Origin: Bdellovibrionales bacterium
GTDB lineage: Bacteria > Bdellovibrionota > Bdellovibrionia > Bdellovibrionales > JAUICD01
Direction of reading: 5' to 3'
Assembly: GCA_965197425.1 (NCBI GenBank)
Contig: CBDANC010000013.1
Coordinates: forward strand, 64,001-128,000
DNA: 64,000 nucleotides
The notes beneath the pieces are model-generated. The model saw nothing but the letters and a program-made list of their open reading frames with translations, was not told the origin of the DNA and did not search any database. The translations under genes and the position numbers were made by a program. Position 1 is the stretch's first letter; each line of letters starts with the position of its first letter. Of the stretch, positions 28,850 to 40,172 are shown one piece after another.

Positions 28850-31800
28850 TCATCCACATATTATATCAACTGACCCTGGCTTTGATATACACGAAACAAG
28901 TTCATTTATCAATTCTTTATTCCCCTTTACACCCAAGAGATCATTAGGTGACATTTCTATGGATTGTCCTGGTAATTTTATATTAAACATTACTTCTTTT
29001 GTACCTTTATATTTTTCTAGTATACTTTTTATTTCTAAAAATTTATCTTTATCTTGGGAATCAAGGTTTAAACACAGTCCGTGGGAGTTTATTAATTTTT
29101 GATCTAAAGTATAAAATTCGTTAGCTATGACTCTAAAACCTCTATCATCGTCACCAGGTTGTGCCTTAAAAAATACTATTTCATCTTCTATGAGCATATG
29201 TTTAATTTCTGAGTATAGTTCTGGAAATACTACTACTTCAATTGTGCCAGTTAAATCTTCAATAGAAACAAATGCCATGGCTTTACCTTTTCTGGTAACT
29301 TTTTCTGAAACATTGTTAATGATTCCTCCAATTTGCATAGGCCCTGGGTTTCCATTTAGTCTTCCTATCTGATGTTTTGCAAATTTATTTAAAATTTTCT
29401 CAAATCCTTTTAATGGGTGATCTGTGAAGAAAAAGCCCAAAGCTTCTTTTTCATGTTTCAGTTTATCTAATCTGGACCATTTTTGTTTAGAAGTCTTTTT
29501 TGACACAACATCATCGCTAAGGCTTTCAAAAAAACTCACTTGTCCTATTTGTCTATCTTTAGACTTCTTATCTGCTCTAGATATTATATGGGAATAGGAG
29601 CGTATGAGGCTTTCTCTTGGAGCATTAAAGCAGTCAAAGGAACCTGATAATATAAGTTGCTCTATGCTTTTTTTGTTTAAAAATTGTGATGGCACTGTTT
29701 CAAAAAATTCCATTGTGCTTTTAAATTGTGCGCCATCAAGTGATTTTCTTACTTTTACTATTTCATCTGCTGCTGATTTCCCAACAGTTTTTATAGCACC
29801 TAATCCAAAGTAAATTTCATCATCTACGATAGTAAAATCATATTCAGATTTATTTATACAAGGAGGTTTTACTGTTATTCCATTTTGTTTTGCATCTTTT
29901 ATGTAGTTAATTATTTTATTTGTGTTATTTAGATCAGAGCTAAGTAGTGCTGAGTAAAACTCTAGGGGATAATATTTTTTTAACCATGCAGTTTGTGCGG
30001 TTATCACACAGTATGCAGCAGCATGTGATTTATTAAATCCATATTCTGCAAATCTGGCCATTAAATCGAATAATTCTTCAGATGCTTTTTTGTTAAAATC
30101 ATTTTTTACTGCTCCATTGATAAACCTGTCTCTTTGTGTTTGCATGTCTCGTTTTTTCTTTTTCCCCATAGCTCTTCTTAATATATCAGCTTCTCCTAGC
30201 GAGTAGTTTGCAATTTTATAGGCTATCATTTGAACTTGTTCTTGATAGACAATAATTCCATATGTGGGTTTTAAAATTCCTTCTAATTCTTTGAATGGGT
30301 ATCTTATTTTGTCTCTATTGTGTTTTCTTTTAGTGTACTCATCTAGCATTTTCATAGGCCCTGGTCTGTATAGGGCATTGATCGCTGTTATATCATCAAA
30401 TGAAGTGGGTTTAACTTTTAAAATAAGTTCAGTAATACCTGAACTTTCAAATTGGAAGATGCCTGCTGTGCTTCCACTTGAGATCATCTTGTATATACCT
30501 TTATCAGATAATGAAATATCTTTTGTGGTAATGGTTTTATTTTTAACCTTTTTAATTAGTTCAAATGTTTTTTTGATATATGTGAGGGTTTTTAGTCCTA
30601 AGAAGTCAAATTTTACAAGTCCAATTCTTTCAGAAGAATGCATATCGTACTGAATAATAGTTTCACCATCTTTGCCTTTATATAGTGGTGCATGTTCTAG
30701 AAGAGATACACTGGATATTATGATTCCAGCTGCATGTACACTCACATGACGATTTAGCCCTTCTATTTGTAGCGCAGTTTTTATTAGTTGAGCTACTTTT
30801 GGGTCATCTTCCATCATCTCGTTAAGTCTTGGTTCTTTTTGTAAAGCAGATTTTATTGTAATTCCCAGTTCTTCTGGTATTAGTCTGGCTATGGCATCTA
30901 CTTTGGAATATTCAATACTTAAAACTCTTCCTACATCTCTAATCGCAGCTCTTGCCTGTAATTTTCCATAAGTGATAATTTGCGACACACAATCTTGTCC
31001 GTATTTATCGACCACATAATCTATGACTTCGCCTCTTCTTTGTTGACAAAAATCTATATCAAAATCAGGTATAGAAATTCTTTCTTTATTTAAAAATCTT
31101 TCGAAAATTAGATCATGTTTTATAGGATCTAGATCAGTAATCATCAAAGAGTACGCTACAAGGCTACCTGCACCTGAGCCTCTACCTGGGCCTACTGGAA
31201 TATTTTTTTGTTTTGCCCATTTTATAAAATCCTGTACTATTAAAAAGTATCCAACAAACCCTGTATCTTTTATCGTTTTAAGCTCACTTTCTATTCTGTC
31301 ATAATATTTTGTTTTATCAATTACAGTTTCTCCTAAATTTTCTGCCTCAATAAATCTTTTTTCCAAACCATCATAGGAGTACTTTTTAAGTGCATCATAC
31401 ATTGTGAGCTTTCCATCAACTTTGAAGGTGGGCATATTATACAACGCCTTTCCATCTTTACTTTTGATGTTAAACTCAAAGTTACACATATCAGCTATCT
31501 TCATTGTGTTGTCTATTGCCTCTGGAAGATCAGAAAACAGATTTTTCATTTTTTTAGTAGATTTAAAATAACTTTCTTTCGAAATAAAAAGTCTATCATC
31601 ATTTAAAGTTCTGTTTGTTCCTATGCAATACAAAACCCTTTGTGCAAGATGATCTTCTTTATTGGCAAAGTAAACATCGTTGGTGGCAACTAAGGGAATC
31701 TTTTTATCTTTAGATGCTGAAACTAAAAACTCATTAATTTTCTTATTAGTCTCTCCAAATTTTTGTATTTCTAAAAAGAAGTTGTCACCGTATATACCTT

Positions 31801-32284
31801 TTAAAAAATCTATTTTTTCTAGAGCCTGATCTTTACCACGCTTTATAAAACAAGATGTTATCTCTCCACCAATACCACCTGTAAGGCAAATTAAATTGTC
31901 AGAGTATTTTTTTAAAATTTCATAGTCGACTCTGGGTTTCCAATAAAATCCTTCTCTATAGCCAATTGTACTTATTTTACATAGCGCTTGATATCCGTTG
32001 TAGTTTTTAGCAAGTAGAACTAATCTTGTATTGGGTTTAGTTATTGATCCTGTTTTACCTTTGATATGCCGTCCATCTGGAGCAATATATACATCCATTC
32101 CTATTATTGGTTTTACTCCTTTTTCTTTACAAGAATGGTACCAATCAACTACTCCAAACATGTTGCCATTGTCTGTTATTGCACAAGCTGGCATTTTATA
32201 TTTTACACAAAGGTTAATTAGGTCCGGGATCCTACAGCTGCTCTCCAAGAGAGAATAATGAGTATGTGTATGTAAGTGTACCAC
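28850..32284 (-). CDS. dnaE: DNA polymerase III alpha subunit
   Basis: HLHTHTHYSLL PHP domain, GPGRGSGAGS, PDFDIDF, FAEYGFNKSH. Confidence 0.97.
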   Translation of the reverse strand: MVHLHTHTHYSLLESSCRIPDLINLCVKYKMPACAITDNGNMFGVVDWYHSCKEKGVKPIIGMDVYIAPDGRHIKGKTGSITKPNTRLVLLAKNYNGYQALCKISTIGYREGFYWKPRVDYEILKKYSDNLICLTGGIGGEITSCFIKRGKDQALEKIDFLKGIYGDNFFLEIQKFGETNKKINEFLVSASKDKKIPLVATNDVYFANKEDHLAQRVLYCIGTNRTLNDDRLFISKESYFKSTKKMKNLFSDLPEAIDNTMKIADMCNFEFNIKSKDGKALYNMPTFKVDGKLTMYDALKKYSYDGLEKRFIEAENLGETVIDKTKYYDRIESELKTIKDTGFVGYFLIVQDFIKWAKQKNIPVGPGRGSGAGSLVAYSLMITDLDPIKHDLIFERFLNKERISIPDFDIDFCQQRRGEVIDYVVDKYGQDCVSQIITYGKLQARAAIRDVGRVLSIEYSKVDAIARLIPEELGITIKSALQKEPRLNEMMEDDPKVAQLIKTALQIEGLNRHVSVHAAGIIISSVSLLEHAPLYKGKDGETIIQYDMHSSERIGLVKFDFLGLKTLTYIKKTFELIKKVKNKTITTKDISLSDKGIYKMISSGSTAGIFQFESSGITELILKVKPTSFDDITAINALYRPGPMKMLDEYTKRKHNRDKIRYPFKELEGILKPTYGIIVYQEQVQMIAYKIANYSLGEADILRRAMGKKKKRDMQTQRDRFINGAVKNDFNKKASEELFDLMARFAEYGFNKSHAAAYCVITAQTAWLKKYYPLEFYSALLSSDLNNTNKIINYIKDAKQNGITVKPPCINKSEYDFTIVDDEIYFGLGAIKTVGKSAADEIVKVRKSLDGAQFKSTMEFFETVPSQFLNKKSIEQLILSGSFDCFNAPRESLIRSYSHIISRADKKSKDRQIGQVSFFESLSDDVVSKKTSKQKWSRLDKLKHEKEALGFFFTDHPLKGFEKILNKFAKHQIGRLNGNPGPMQIGGIINNVSEKVTRKGKAMAFVSIEDLTGTIEVVVFPELYSEIKHMLIEDEIVFFKAQPGDDDRGFRVIANEFYTLDQKLINSHGLCLNLDSQDKDKFLEIKSILEKYKGTKEVMFNIKLPGQSIEMSPNDLLGVKGNKELINELVSCISKPGSVDIICG

Positions 32285-32290
32285 AGTTGC

Positions 32291-33802
32291 CTACTCCCAT
32301 TCTATTGTGCTAGGGGGTTTAGAAGTAATATCATACAAAACCCTATTTATACCAGATACATTATTTGTAATTAAATTAGAAACTTTTTTTAAAAATTTAT
32401 GGTCAAATTCAAACCAATCAACTGTCATTCCATCAGTAGATACAACCGCTCTTAGGCTAAGGGCATATCTATATGTCCTTTCATCACCTTGGACTCCTAC
32501 TGTCTTGATGGGGATTAAAACACAGAATGCTTGCCATATTTTGTTATACAATCCTTGATCTTTTAGAGTTTTTGTAAATATGCTGTCGGCTTCTCTTAAG
32601 ATTTCTAACTTTTCTAAAGTTACTTCTCCTGGAATCCTTATGGCAAGGCCTGGGCCTGGAAATGGGTGTCTTCCCAAAACTGATTCTGGAATACCAAGTT
32701 CTCTTCCTAAAGCACGCACTTCATCTTTAAACAAAGATTTTAAAGGTTCTATTAGTTTAAGGTCTAAATTTTTAGGTAAGCCTCCAACATTATGATGACT
32801 TTTAATTCGCGTACTTTCTATTACATCAGGATAAACCGTCCCTTGGGATAGCCATTTAAAATTTTTCCCTTTTATAAAATTTTTGAACACATCTATAAAT
32901 GTAGACCCTATAACTTTTCTTTTTTGCTCAGGGTCTGTTATACCCTTTAGGGCTTTCATAAACTTATCTTTTGCATCTATTAAATTTATATCTATGTTCA
33001 GGCTTTTATAAATATCCAAAACCTCTTCTACCTCGGAATCTCTTAATAGCCCGTTATCTACAAATGCAAAAGTAGCTGACAGGCCTATTTTCTTTAGCAC
33101 TAAGGCTGCTACTGTGGAATCTACACCACCACTTACAGCACATAGTATTTTTTCATTTGGCTTAATAGCTTGTATGATTTCACTTTGAATTTTTTGTGCT
33201 ATTTTATTTTTGGAAAATTCTATTTTTGCTGTTTGCAAAAAATGTTTTAGTACCTCTGTACCATATTCTGTGTGGGTAACTTCTGGATGAAATTGTAGAG
33301 CCATTATTTTGTTGTTTGCAATTCCTGCAGCAACTCCACAATCACTTTTAGCTAAAATTTGAAATCCATCTGGTACTTTTGTCACGCTATCTTGGTGACT
33401 CATCCAAACAATATGTTCTTTTGGAATATTTTTAAGTTTAGTGTTCCAGGTAATTTTTTTTTGTCCAAATTCTGAGTCAATATCAGAACACACTTCTCCT
33501 CCAAACTCATTTACTATTAATTGCATTCCATAGCAAATACCAAGTACATAAGTTTTTTCACACAAGTTTTTTAAAGATATGGAAGTATTTGCCGCTAATC
33601 CAGGACCGCCGCTTAAGATAACCGCTTGGGGATTTAGCTTATCTAGTTCTTTTGATAAACTGGCAACGCCAGCGGTACTGGCAACGCCAGCGGTACTGGC
33701 AACGCCAGTGGTACTGGTAACTTCAAAACTCACACCAAGTTCTCTAAGTCTTCTTTCTATGAGTTTTGTGTACTGTGAACCAAAATCCAAAACCACAACC
33801 AA
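32291..33802 (-). CDS. guaA: GMP synthase (glutamine-hydrolysing)
   Basis: LDFGSQYT, GICYGMQ, QFHPE, SGGVDS, KSHHNVGG, KPPSTIEWE. Confidence 0.96.
   Translation of the reverse strand: MVVVLDFGSQYTKLIERRLRELGVSFEVTSTTGVASTAGVASTAGVASLSKELDKLNPQAVILSGGPGLAANTSISLKNLCEKTYVLGICYGMQLIVNEFGGEVCSDIDSEFGQKKITWNTKLKNIPKEHIVWMSHQDSVTKVPDGFQILAKSDCGVAAGIANNKIMALQFHPEVTHTEYGTEVLKHFLQTAKIEFSKNKIAQKIQSEIIQAIKPNEKILCAVSGGVDSTVAALVLKKIGLSATFAFVDNGLLRDSEVEEVLDIYKSLNIDINLIDAKDKFMKALKGITDPEQKRKVIGSTFIDVFKNFIKGKNFKWLSQGTVYPDVIESTRIKSHHNVGGLPKNLDLKLIEPLKSLFKDEVRALGRELGIPESVLGRHPFPGPGLAIRIPGEVTLEKLEILREADSIFTKTLKDQGLYNKIWQAFCVLIPIKTVGVQGDERTYRYALSLRAVVSTDGMTVDWFEFDHKFLKKVSNLITNNVSGINRVLYDITSKPPSTIEWE
33660..33721. 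repeat. 3.4 x 18-bp mini-hairpin repeat inside guaA
   Basis: (ctggc-aac-gccag-cggta)n encoding STAGVA repeats. Confidence 0.92.
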
Positions 33803-33815
33803 AAAAACCTCCCTT

Positions 33816-35339
33816 CTAAGTTCTCAGTCTGTAGTTTGGAGCTTCTTTGGTTATCATTACATCGTGTACATGAGATTCTACTAAGCCTGGAGGACTTATC
33901 TTTACGAACTGAGCCTTCTTTTGTAGTTCTTCGATTGTACTTGCACCCAGATAACCCATACCAGACTTTAAGCCTCCCACTAACTGATAAATTACACTGC
34001 TAGCAGAGCCTCTGTAAGGGACCTGACTTTCGATACCTTCTGGTATTAAATCTCTTGTATCTTTGGAGTCTTGGTTGTAGCGATTACCACCTCCAACTTT
34101 CATAGCACCCACACTACCCATGCCACGATATATTTTGTATGTTCTGCCTTGATATAAAACTGTTTCTCCCAGTGCTTCATCAGTACCCGCTAGCAAACTA
34201 CCGATCATTACTACACTAGCTCCAAGAGCAAGGGCTTTGGTTATATCGCCAGAATACTTAATTCCACCGTCAGCAATGATAGAAACCCTGTGTTTTTTAG
34301 CTAACCTAGCACAGTCATTTACAGCAGATATTTGAGGAACTCCCACTCCTGCTACAACTCTGGTAGTACAAACACTTCCAGGGCCTACCCCAACTTTTAT
34401 AACATCAGCTCCTGCTTCTATTAGAGTTTTTGTGGCCTCTTCAGTTACAACATTGCCTGCAACAATGATCACATTTTTACTTTTACCTTTTATATATTTG
34501 ATCATTTTGATCACATTTTTGGAATGCCCATGTGCAGTATCAATAACTAATATGTCACTACCTATCGAAATAAGTTCATCAACTCTGTCATAAGACTCAG
34601 AGTCGGTACCAACTGCAGCAGCAGACAATAGTCGTCCATGAGAGTCCTTAGAAGAGTGAGGATATTTTCTGGCTTTTTCAATGTCCTTTACAGTGATAAG
34701 TCCTTTTAATTCTCCCTTATTATCTACTACAGGAAGTTTTTCTATTCTGTATTTTCTAAGTTCTGCTTCTGCTTCAAAAAGAGTAGTACCTAATTTTGCT
34801 GTTATTAAACCTTCCTTAGTCATTACATTTGAGATAGGTTGGTTTATATCTGTCTCGAATCTCAAATCTCTGTTAGTGAGTATACCAACCAATTTTCTTT
34901 TTACGGTTATTGGAACACCACTTATTTTATATTCTTTCATTAAGTCTAAGGCTTCTGAAACTGGAGCATCAGGAGGTAAGGTTAAAGGATCTTGTATCAT
35001 ACCACTTTCATATTTTTTTACCTTAGAAACTTCTGCGGCCTGATCTATCACATTTAGGTTTTTGTGGATAACTCCAAAACCACCATTTTGAGCCATTACA
35101 ATTGCAATTTTATGATCAGTCACAGTATCCATAGCAGAAGATATTATGGGAACATTTAAACTTATATCCTTTGCAAAATGCACTTTGGTAGTAGCCTGCG
35201 AAGGAAGTACATCGGAGTATTGAGGTACTAATAAGATATCATCAAATGTTAGGGTGTTTTTTAAAGTATCCAATTTCTTGTTGCTATCTTTTTTTGTGTA
35301 TAGAGTCAAGTTTTGTATTTTTCGTTGCACACTTGTCAT
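33816..35339 (-). CDS. guaB: IMP dehydrogenase
   Basis: [11 protein letters not shown] pair, [20 protein letters not shown]. Confidence 0.97.
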   Translation of the reverse strand: MTSVQRKIQNLTLYTKKDSNKKLDTLKNTLTFDDILLVPQYSDVLPSQATTKVHFAKDISLNVPIISSAMDTVTDHKIAIVMAQNGGFGVIHKNLNVIDQAAEVSKVKKYESGMIQDPLTLPPDAPVSEALDLMKEYKISGVPITVKRKLVGILTNRDLRFETDINQPISNVMTKEGLITAKLGTTLFEAEAELRKYRIEKLPVVDNKGELKGLITVKDIEKARKYPHSSKDSHGRLLSAAAVGTDSESYDRVDELISIGSDILVIDTAHGHSKNVIKMIKYIKGKSKNVIIVAGNVVTEEATKTLIEAGADVIKVGVGPGSVCTTRVVAGVGVPQISAVNDCARLAKKHRVSIIADGGIKYSGDITKALALGASVVMIGSLLAGTDEALGETVLYQGRTYKIYRGMGSVGAMKVGGGNRYNQDSKDTRDLIPEGIESQVPYRGSASSVIYQLVGGLKSGMGYLGASTIEELQKKAQFVKISPPGLVESHVHDVMITKEAPNYRLRT

Positions 35340-35417
35340 GCTACAGGTTTAAGCCGCCCTGACACCCTTAAATTATCTGGCTTAAGCCCGGCATTACACC
35401 AGAAAGCACTTTTTAGG

Positions 35418-36056
35418 TTATGGAAAGGAAAGGATATTGTTGATATATCTCAAAAGGCCCTTTAGCCCCGTTTCTTTTTGACAATCTGGAAAGGGAAAAA
35501 TGTTTTTTTCTCTTTTTTTGAAAATTTCAGATTTTTTATCAACCGGTTCTTCTTCCCCCATTTTGGGCTCATTATCAAATGTCCATCTTCTCTTTGAAAC
35601 TTTTCTGGGTGAAAAGTCATAGAAATATGTAAGAGTAAGGCTTGGTGAATTCAGGTCAAATACTAGTTCCTCAACGACTGGGAATATACGGTGATATACA
35701 TCTATAAATTCATACTTTCCATCGTACATATCGTACCAAACTTCTTTTTCATCTTTAACAATTTCTCCTGATGGTAACCCTATTGACCTCCCGGCTCTGT
35801 CTTGGATATAACGAAGAGTAATTTTATCTTCGTTTTTCTTTAGATTATACGAGCCACCTGGCATGTTTTCTGTCAACGAATCATGATGATTTTTTGACCA
35901 TGTGCTCCAAGCAAAACTCATGTGATCAACAACAACTTTCCCACCATCATGGCCAAAACTTATATGATTAGTTTTTTCCTCATTTGCACAAAGATACCAC
36001 GCAGCCCTCGCATCAAATGCAAAAAGAAGAATCAATAGTGATAACCTAAAATTCAT
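35418..36056 (-). CDS. Hypothetical secreted protein
   Basis: Signal peptide ending ARA; 212 aa; ggggc RBS-like. Confidence 0.65.
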   Translation of the reverse strand: MNFRLSLLILLFAFDARAAWYLCANEEKTNHISFGHDGGKVVVDHMSFAWSTWSKNHHDSLTENMPGGSYNLKKNEDKITLRYIQDRAGRSIGLPSGEIVKDEKEVWYDMYDGKYEFIDVYHRIFPVVEELVFDLNSPSLTLTYFYDFSPRKVSKRRWTFDNEPKMGEEEPVDKKSEIFKKREKNIFPFPDCQKETGLKGLLRYINNILSFP

Positions 36057-36082
36057 GCCCCCTACCCTTATAACTATTCCTA

Positions 36083-36598
36083 CTATATCTCTTTTCTATA
36101 TCTCTCTATTTTGTTCTGTTTGTACCATGAAGAGTACATTATATAGTTGTCTTTTGATTTATCTAGAAAATCTAACTCCTTTTTATTTAGATCTCTTACC
36201 ACTTTAGCAGGGCGTCCCAGTATCAAAACCCCTTCATCAAATTGACTTCCCCCAGTAACTAAGCTCCCAGCCCCTACAATAGAGTTTTTATTTATAACAA
36301 CATTGTCCATCAAAATACTTCCCATGCCAATTAAGCATGTGTCCTTAACTTCACAGCCATGTAGTATAACTGAGTGACCTATGGTTATATTGTTACCTAA
36401 GATTACACCACATTTTTGATATGTGCCATGTAACACACAGTTGTCTTGAATATTTGTTTTATTTCCGATCACTATAGGAAATACATCGCCCCTTAAAACT
36501 GCTCCAAACCAAACAGAAGACTGACTTCCAATTGTTACATCTCCTACTATGGTAGCTGTGTTGGCAATGAAAGCATTTTTCGCTATATTAGCTTGCAA
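36083..36598 (-). CDS. Gamma carbonic anhydrase family protein
   Basis: SVWFGAVLRGD, TNIQDN, IGHSVILHGC hexapeptide repeats. Confidence 0.92.
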   Translation of the reverse strand: MQANIAKNAFIANTATIVGDVTIGSQSSVWFGAVLRGDVFPIVIGNKTNIQDNCVLHGTYQKCGVILGNNITIGHSVILHGCEVKDTCLIGMGSILMDNVVINKNSIVGAGSLVTGGSQFDEGVLILGRPAKVVRDLNKKELDFLDKSKDNYIMYSSWYKQNKIERYRKEI

Positions 36599-37937
36599 TC
36601 AAAGCTCCTTTACAATTATGTGAATGAGACTTTTCAATTTTTACGCTCACAGTTTGGCCTGTTAGACTTTTATCACTTTGAAAGTGTACAAGTTTATTTT
36701 TGGTAGTTCTACCAAAATAATTGCCTTTCTTATCTACACCCTCTACTAAGACATCTTCTGTTTTATCTAGATGGTTTAGAGCAAGCTTTTCTGCAATTTT
36801 ATCATGTTTTTCAAAAAGCTTTGAGAGTCTTTCTGATTTTTGAGCCTCTGTTAATTGATCTTCATATTTTAAAGCTTTAGTAAATGGTCTTGGGCTATAC
36901 TTGAACGCAAACAGTGTTTCATAGGGGACCTCGTCTAACAAACTCAAAGTATCTTCAAACTGTTTTTCTGTCTCCCCAGGAAATCCAACAATTATGTCAG
37001 TGGACAAAGATGCTTCAGGAAGCTTTTCTAAGATCATATCCACCTTTTTTATATAGTCCTCCCTACTATAACCTCTGTTCATTCTGTCTAAAATTTTTGA
37101 ATTTCCAGATTGTACAGGTAGGTGTATATAATCACAAACTCTAGGTCTATATTTAGCCATTACTTCTACCAAATCTATGTCAAAATCTTTTGGGTGACTG
37201 GTTGTATACCTAATTCTCTCAATGTTAGTTTTTTCGCACACCAATTCCAAAAGTTTAGAAAAGTTTATACCATTTGTAGATAGATAAGAGTTTACATTTT
37301 GTCCTAGTAGAGTAACCTCTTTAACTCCTCTTTTGTTTAAAGAGTTTATATCTTCCACAATTTCCATTTCACTTCTGCTTCTAAGTCTTCCTCTCGTAAA
37401 TGGCACAACACAAAATGTGCAGAAATTGTCACACCCTTTAGTAATGTTCACAAATGCACCGACCCCTGGATTTCTTATAAGGGTAGATGTGCTATAAACT
37501 TCTCTATTATGAAGTTTTGCCTTCGATACTCTTGATTTTTTAGCATCATTTATGATCTGTGGTAGTTCATCAATGTTATCAGGTCCAAAAACAAAGTCTA
37601 ATAGAGAAATATCCTTTAAAAGTTTGGCTTTTTCTTGCTGACCAACACAGCCCCCAACACCAATCAAAAGGTTAGAGTTGGACTTTAAATCTTTGTACCT
37701 ACCAATTTCGCTATGAATTTTATGAACAGGTTTTTCTCTAACACTACAAGAATTTAGTATAATTAAGCTAGCAAACTTAGGGGCTACTACAGGTACATAA
37801 TTTTCCATCTCTAAGATAGAGTACATCCTTTCGGTATCAGCCACATTCATCTGACAACCATAAGTGGAGATATACACACCTTTGGGATCAACTAAAACAT
37901 CTTTACCTGTTTTCGAAATACCATATCCTTCTAACAT
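36588..37937 (-). CDS. miaB: tRNA methylthiotransferase MiaB
   Basis: TYGCQMN, NSCSVRE, GCDNFCTFC, TSHP, TRAM domain. Confidence 0.95.
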   Translation of the reverse strand: MLEGYGISKTGKDVLVDPKGVYISTYGCQMNVADTERMYSILEMENYVPVVAPKFASLIILNSCSVREKPVHKIHSEIGRYKDLKSNSNLLIGVGGCVGQQEKAKLLKDISLLDFVFGPDNIDELPQIINDAKKSRVSKAKLHNREVYSTSTLIRNPGVGAFVNITKGCDNFCTFCVVPFTRGRLRSRSEMEIVEDINSLNKRGVKEVTLLGQNVNSYLSTNGINFSKLLELVCEKTNIERIRYTTSHPKDFDIDLVEVMAKYRPRVCDYIHLPVQSGNSKILDRMNRGYSREDYIKKVDMILEKLPEASLSTDIIVGFPGETEKQFEDTLSLLDEVPYETLFAFKYSPRPFTKALKYEDQLTEAQKSERLSKLFEKHDKIAEKLALNHLDKTEDVLVEGVDKKGNYFGRTTKNKLVHFQSDKSLTGQTVSVKIEKSHSHNCKGALIAS

Positions 37938-38293
37938 AACAAAGACTTAACACCACAACTAAATATTATCAACCCAACACTGACTAAAACTCGCTTTATT
38001 GGCCTAGTCAGGCTCAACTTCAACAACAACCTCAGCCGCGGAGTTCACTAAACAGAGCTATTCTGCAAGCTTTTTGCTCCGTAGAAAGATCCTGCGAATC
38101 TTCGTGGGCAAATATCTTTAAAGATTTGCATTGCAGATTTAACATAAAATGTTAAATCTGCAAGGATAAAACCGGAAATCTTATGTGAGTAAGGTATCTC
38201 TGGCGTCTTTTGTAAATGAAATAAATAAGTGCCTGAAAAAACATCTAAAATAGTTGCCGCAAAGACTACTACGATTGCTAACTAAAGCCTTTA

Positions 38294-38791
38294 CTATTCT
38301 GAGTCTGAAGCAAAAAAATCTGTTATCATGTCAACCGGATAAAAAAGTATCATAAATGTTTCAATAAGAATGTATTTAGAGATAGATCTATTCTTTCTTA
38401 TATACACTCTTTCTACACCATATCTGCCGGTTATAAATGTAAGTGTCCAAGCCCTTCTTTTATTCGAAAGCCTATATGTATAATTTGTATCATGAGTATA
38501 GTACTCCCCAGTGGGTTCTCCTAACTGATCCCTCACTTCCTCCAATTCCTTTCCCATAAACCTCGTGCTTTTAATAATGTCGACAACCATCGAGGCTTGC
38601 TCTGATGGAGTACCCTCTTTGAACTCTTCTGAATTAAAAGGTTTTTGTGGCCAAAGTAAGCTGGCCTGCCATAAAAACAATCTGTTATCAAAACAATAAA
38701 TTAATGAGAGTGATAAACAAAGCACAAAGCCATACAAAACCACAACCTTAACGACCTTTACAATTTTTCTAACTATATAAGCATATTTCAT
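38294..38791 (-). CDS. Hypothetical membrane-anchored protein
   Basis: N-terminal TM; GKELEEVRDQLGEP motif. Confidence 0.6.
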   Translation of the reverse strand: MKYAYIVRKIVKVVKVVVLYGFVLCLSLSLIYCFDNRLFLWQASLLWPQKPFNSEEFKEGTPSEQASMVVDIIKSTRFMGKELEEVRDQLGEPTGEYYTHDTNYTYRLSNKRRAWTLTFITGRYGVERVYIRKNRSISKYILIETFMILFYPVDMITDFFASDSE

Positions 38792-38851
38792 TCATTCACC
38801 TAATGTACACAAAGCCTACAGTATAGCAGGATTTTACCTACTATTGAATGA

Positions 38852-38883
38852 CTAGAATTCTAGAATTCTAGAATTCTAGAATT
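38852..38883. repeat. (ctagaatt)x4 tandem repeat
   Basis: Directly visible in the sequence. Confidence 0.85.
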
Positions 38884-38907
38884 TTCTTTAAGTTAAAAAT
38901 AACAAAA

Positions 38908-40068
38908 TTAATTTTTCAGTACTTGATAGGATTTCGACCAGGGAAGCACTTTAACATGTGTCCTTAACTGAGTTTTGTCCCCACCGTACACAAGAGTTGA
39001 TTTGGCATGTTTGTCTTTTACATATTTTTTAAACCCAATTAAGTTTTTGAAAAAAGCTGGCTGGACTGTTTTTCCTGATTTTATTTCAATTGAATATATT
39101 TTTTGCGCTTTTTCAAAAAGCAAATCAATTTCCAGTCCCTTCTTGTCTCTCCAAAAATAAAAATCTATTCCCAAATATTGATTAAAATTATGTTTTATAA
39201 GTTCACTTAAAATCATAGATTCAAAAATAGAACCTTTATAAAAAGAAAGGGCAAGGTCTTCTTTTTTAATTCGAAGTAGTGAACATAAAAGGCCAGTGTC
39301 GTAAAAATATATCTTAGGTGTTTTAATCAACTTTTTAGAAAAATTTTTATAAAAAGGCTTTAACAAAAACAAAATATAACTTGCCTCAAGGACTGAAATC
39401 CAATTCTTTACCGTCCTTACATCAACCCCAGCAGCACCACTCAGTTCAGAAAAATTAACAAGCTGACCATTTCTAGCTGCACATAATCCCAGAAATTTTT
39501 GGAACTGACTAAGCTCTTTGATGTTGATTAGATATCTCACATCTCTTTCAATATAAGTCTTAATGTACTCCTTGTACCAAATAAATGGCCGCACCTTCCG
39601 GCTATATAGAGGTGGGTAAAAACCACGGAAGATTTGATTGTCTAAATCGCTTAAATCTTCTTTAAGTTCCAATATAGAAAATGGCAAAAGCTCCAAGCAA
39701 CCAACTCGTCCAGCCAGAGATTGTGTTATTTTAGAAAACAATCCAAATTGCTGGGAGCCAGTTAGTATAAACTGACCCATCTTTTCAGGTGACTCATCCA
39801 CGATTGTTTGAATATAAGAAAAAAGTGAGGGGCATCTTTGAGCCTCATCAATTATCAACCCTTTATTGGACTGATTTAAAAAATCGATCGGGTCTTTTTT
39901 TGCATACTCAAGCTGATCTAAAACCTCCAAAGAAACATAAGATTTATTGCTAAACACTTTTTTTGCTAATGTGGTTTTGCCCGACTGCCTAGGCCCCGTG
40001 ACAGACACAACAGGAAAACCCCTAGATAGCTCACGAAGCAAATTTTCCGCTTTTCTTCTTATGTACAT
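38908..40068 (-). CDS. AAA+ ATPase with DUF4143 C-terminus
   Basis: GPRQSGKTT, IIDEAQ, SLAGR, PKIYFYDTG, EIDLL...EIK. Confidence 0.9.
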   Translation of the reverse strand: MYIRRKAENLLRELSRGFPVVSVTGPRQSGKTTLAKKVFSNKSYVSLEVLDQLEYAKKDPIDFLNQSNKGLIIDEAQRCPSLFSYIQTIVDESPEKMGQFILTGSQQFGLFSKITQSLAGRVGCLELLPFSILELKEDLSDLDNQIFRGFYPPLYSRKVRPFIWYKEYIKTYIERDVRYLINIKELSQFQKFLGLCAARNGQLVNFSELSGAAGVDVRTVKNWISVLEASYILFLLKPFYKNFSKKLIKTPKIYFYDTGLLCSLLRIKKEDLALSFYKGSIFESMILSELIKHNFNQYLGIDFYFWRDKKGLEIDLLFEKAQKIYSIEIKSGKTVQPAFFKNLIGFKKYVKDKHAKSTLVYGGDKTQLRTHVKVLPWSKSYQVLKN

Positions 40069-40172
40069 GTACTATAAGTGTATCGTAAATGTGGGGCCAA
40101 TTCAACATATATATGCATGATTGGCACCCTAATTTGAACTAATATGCCCCAAAAGAAAGGGTTAAGAAAAGA

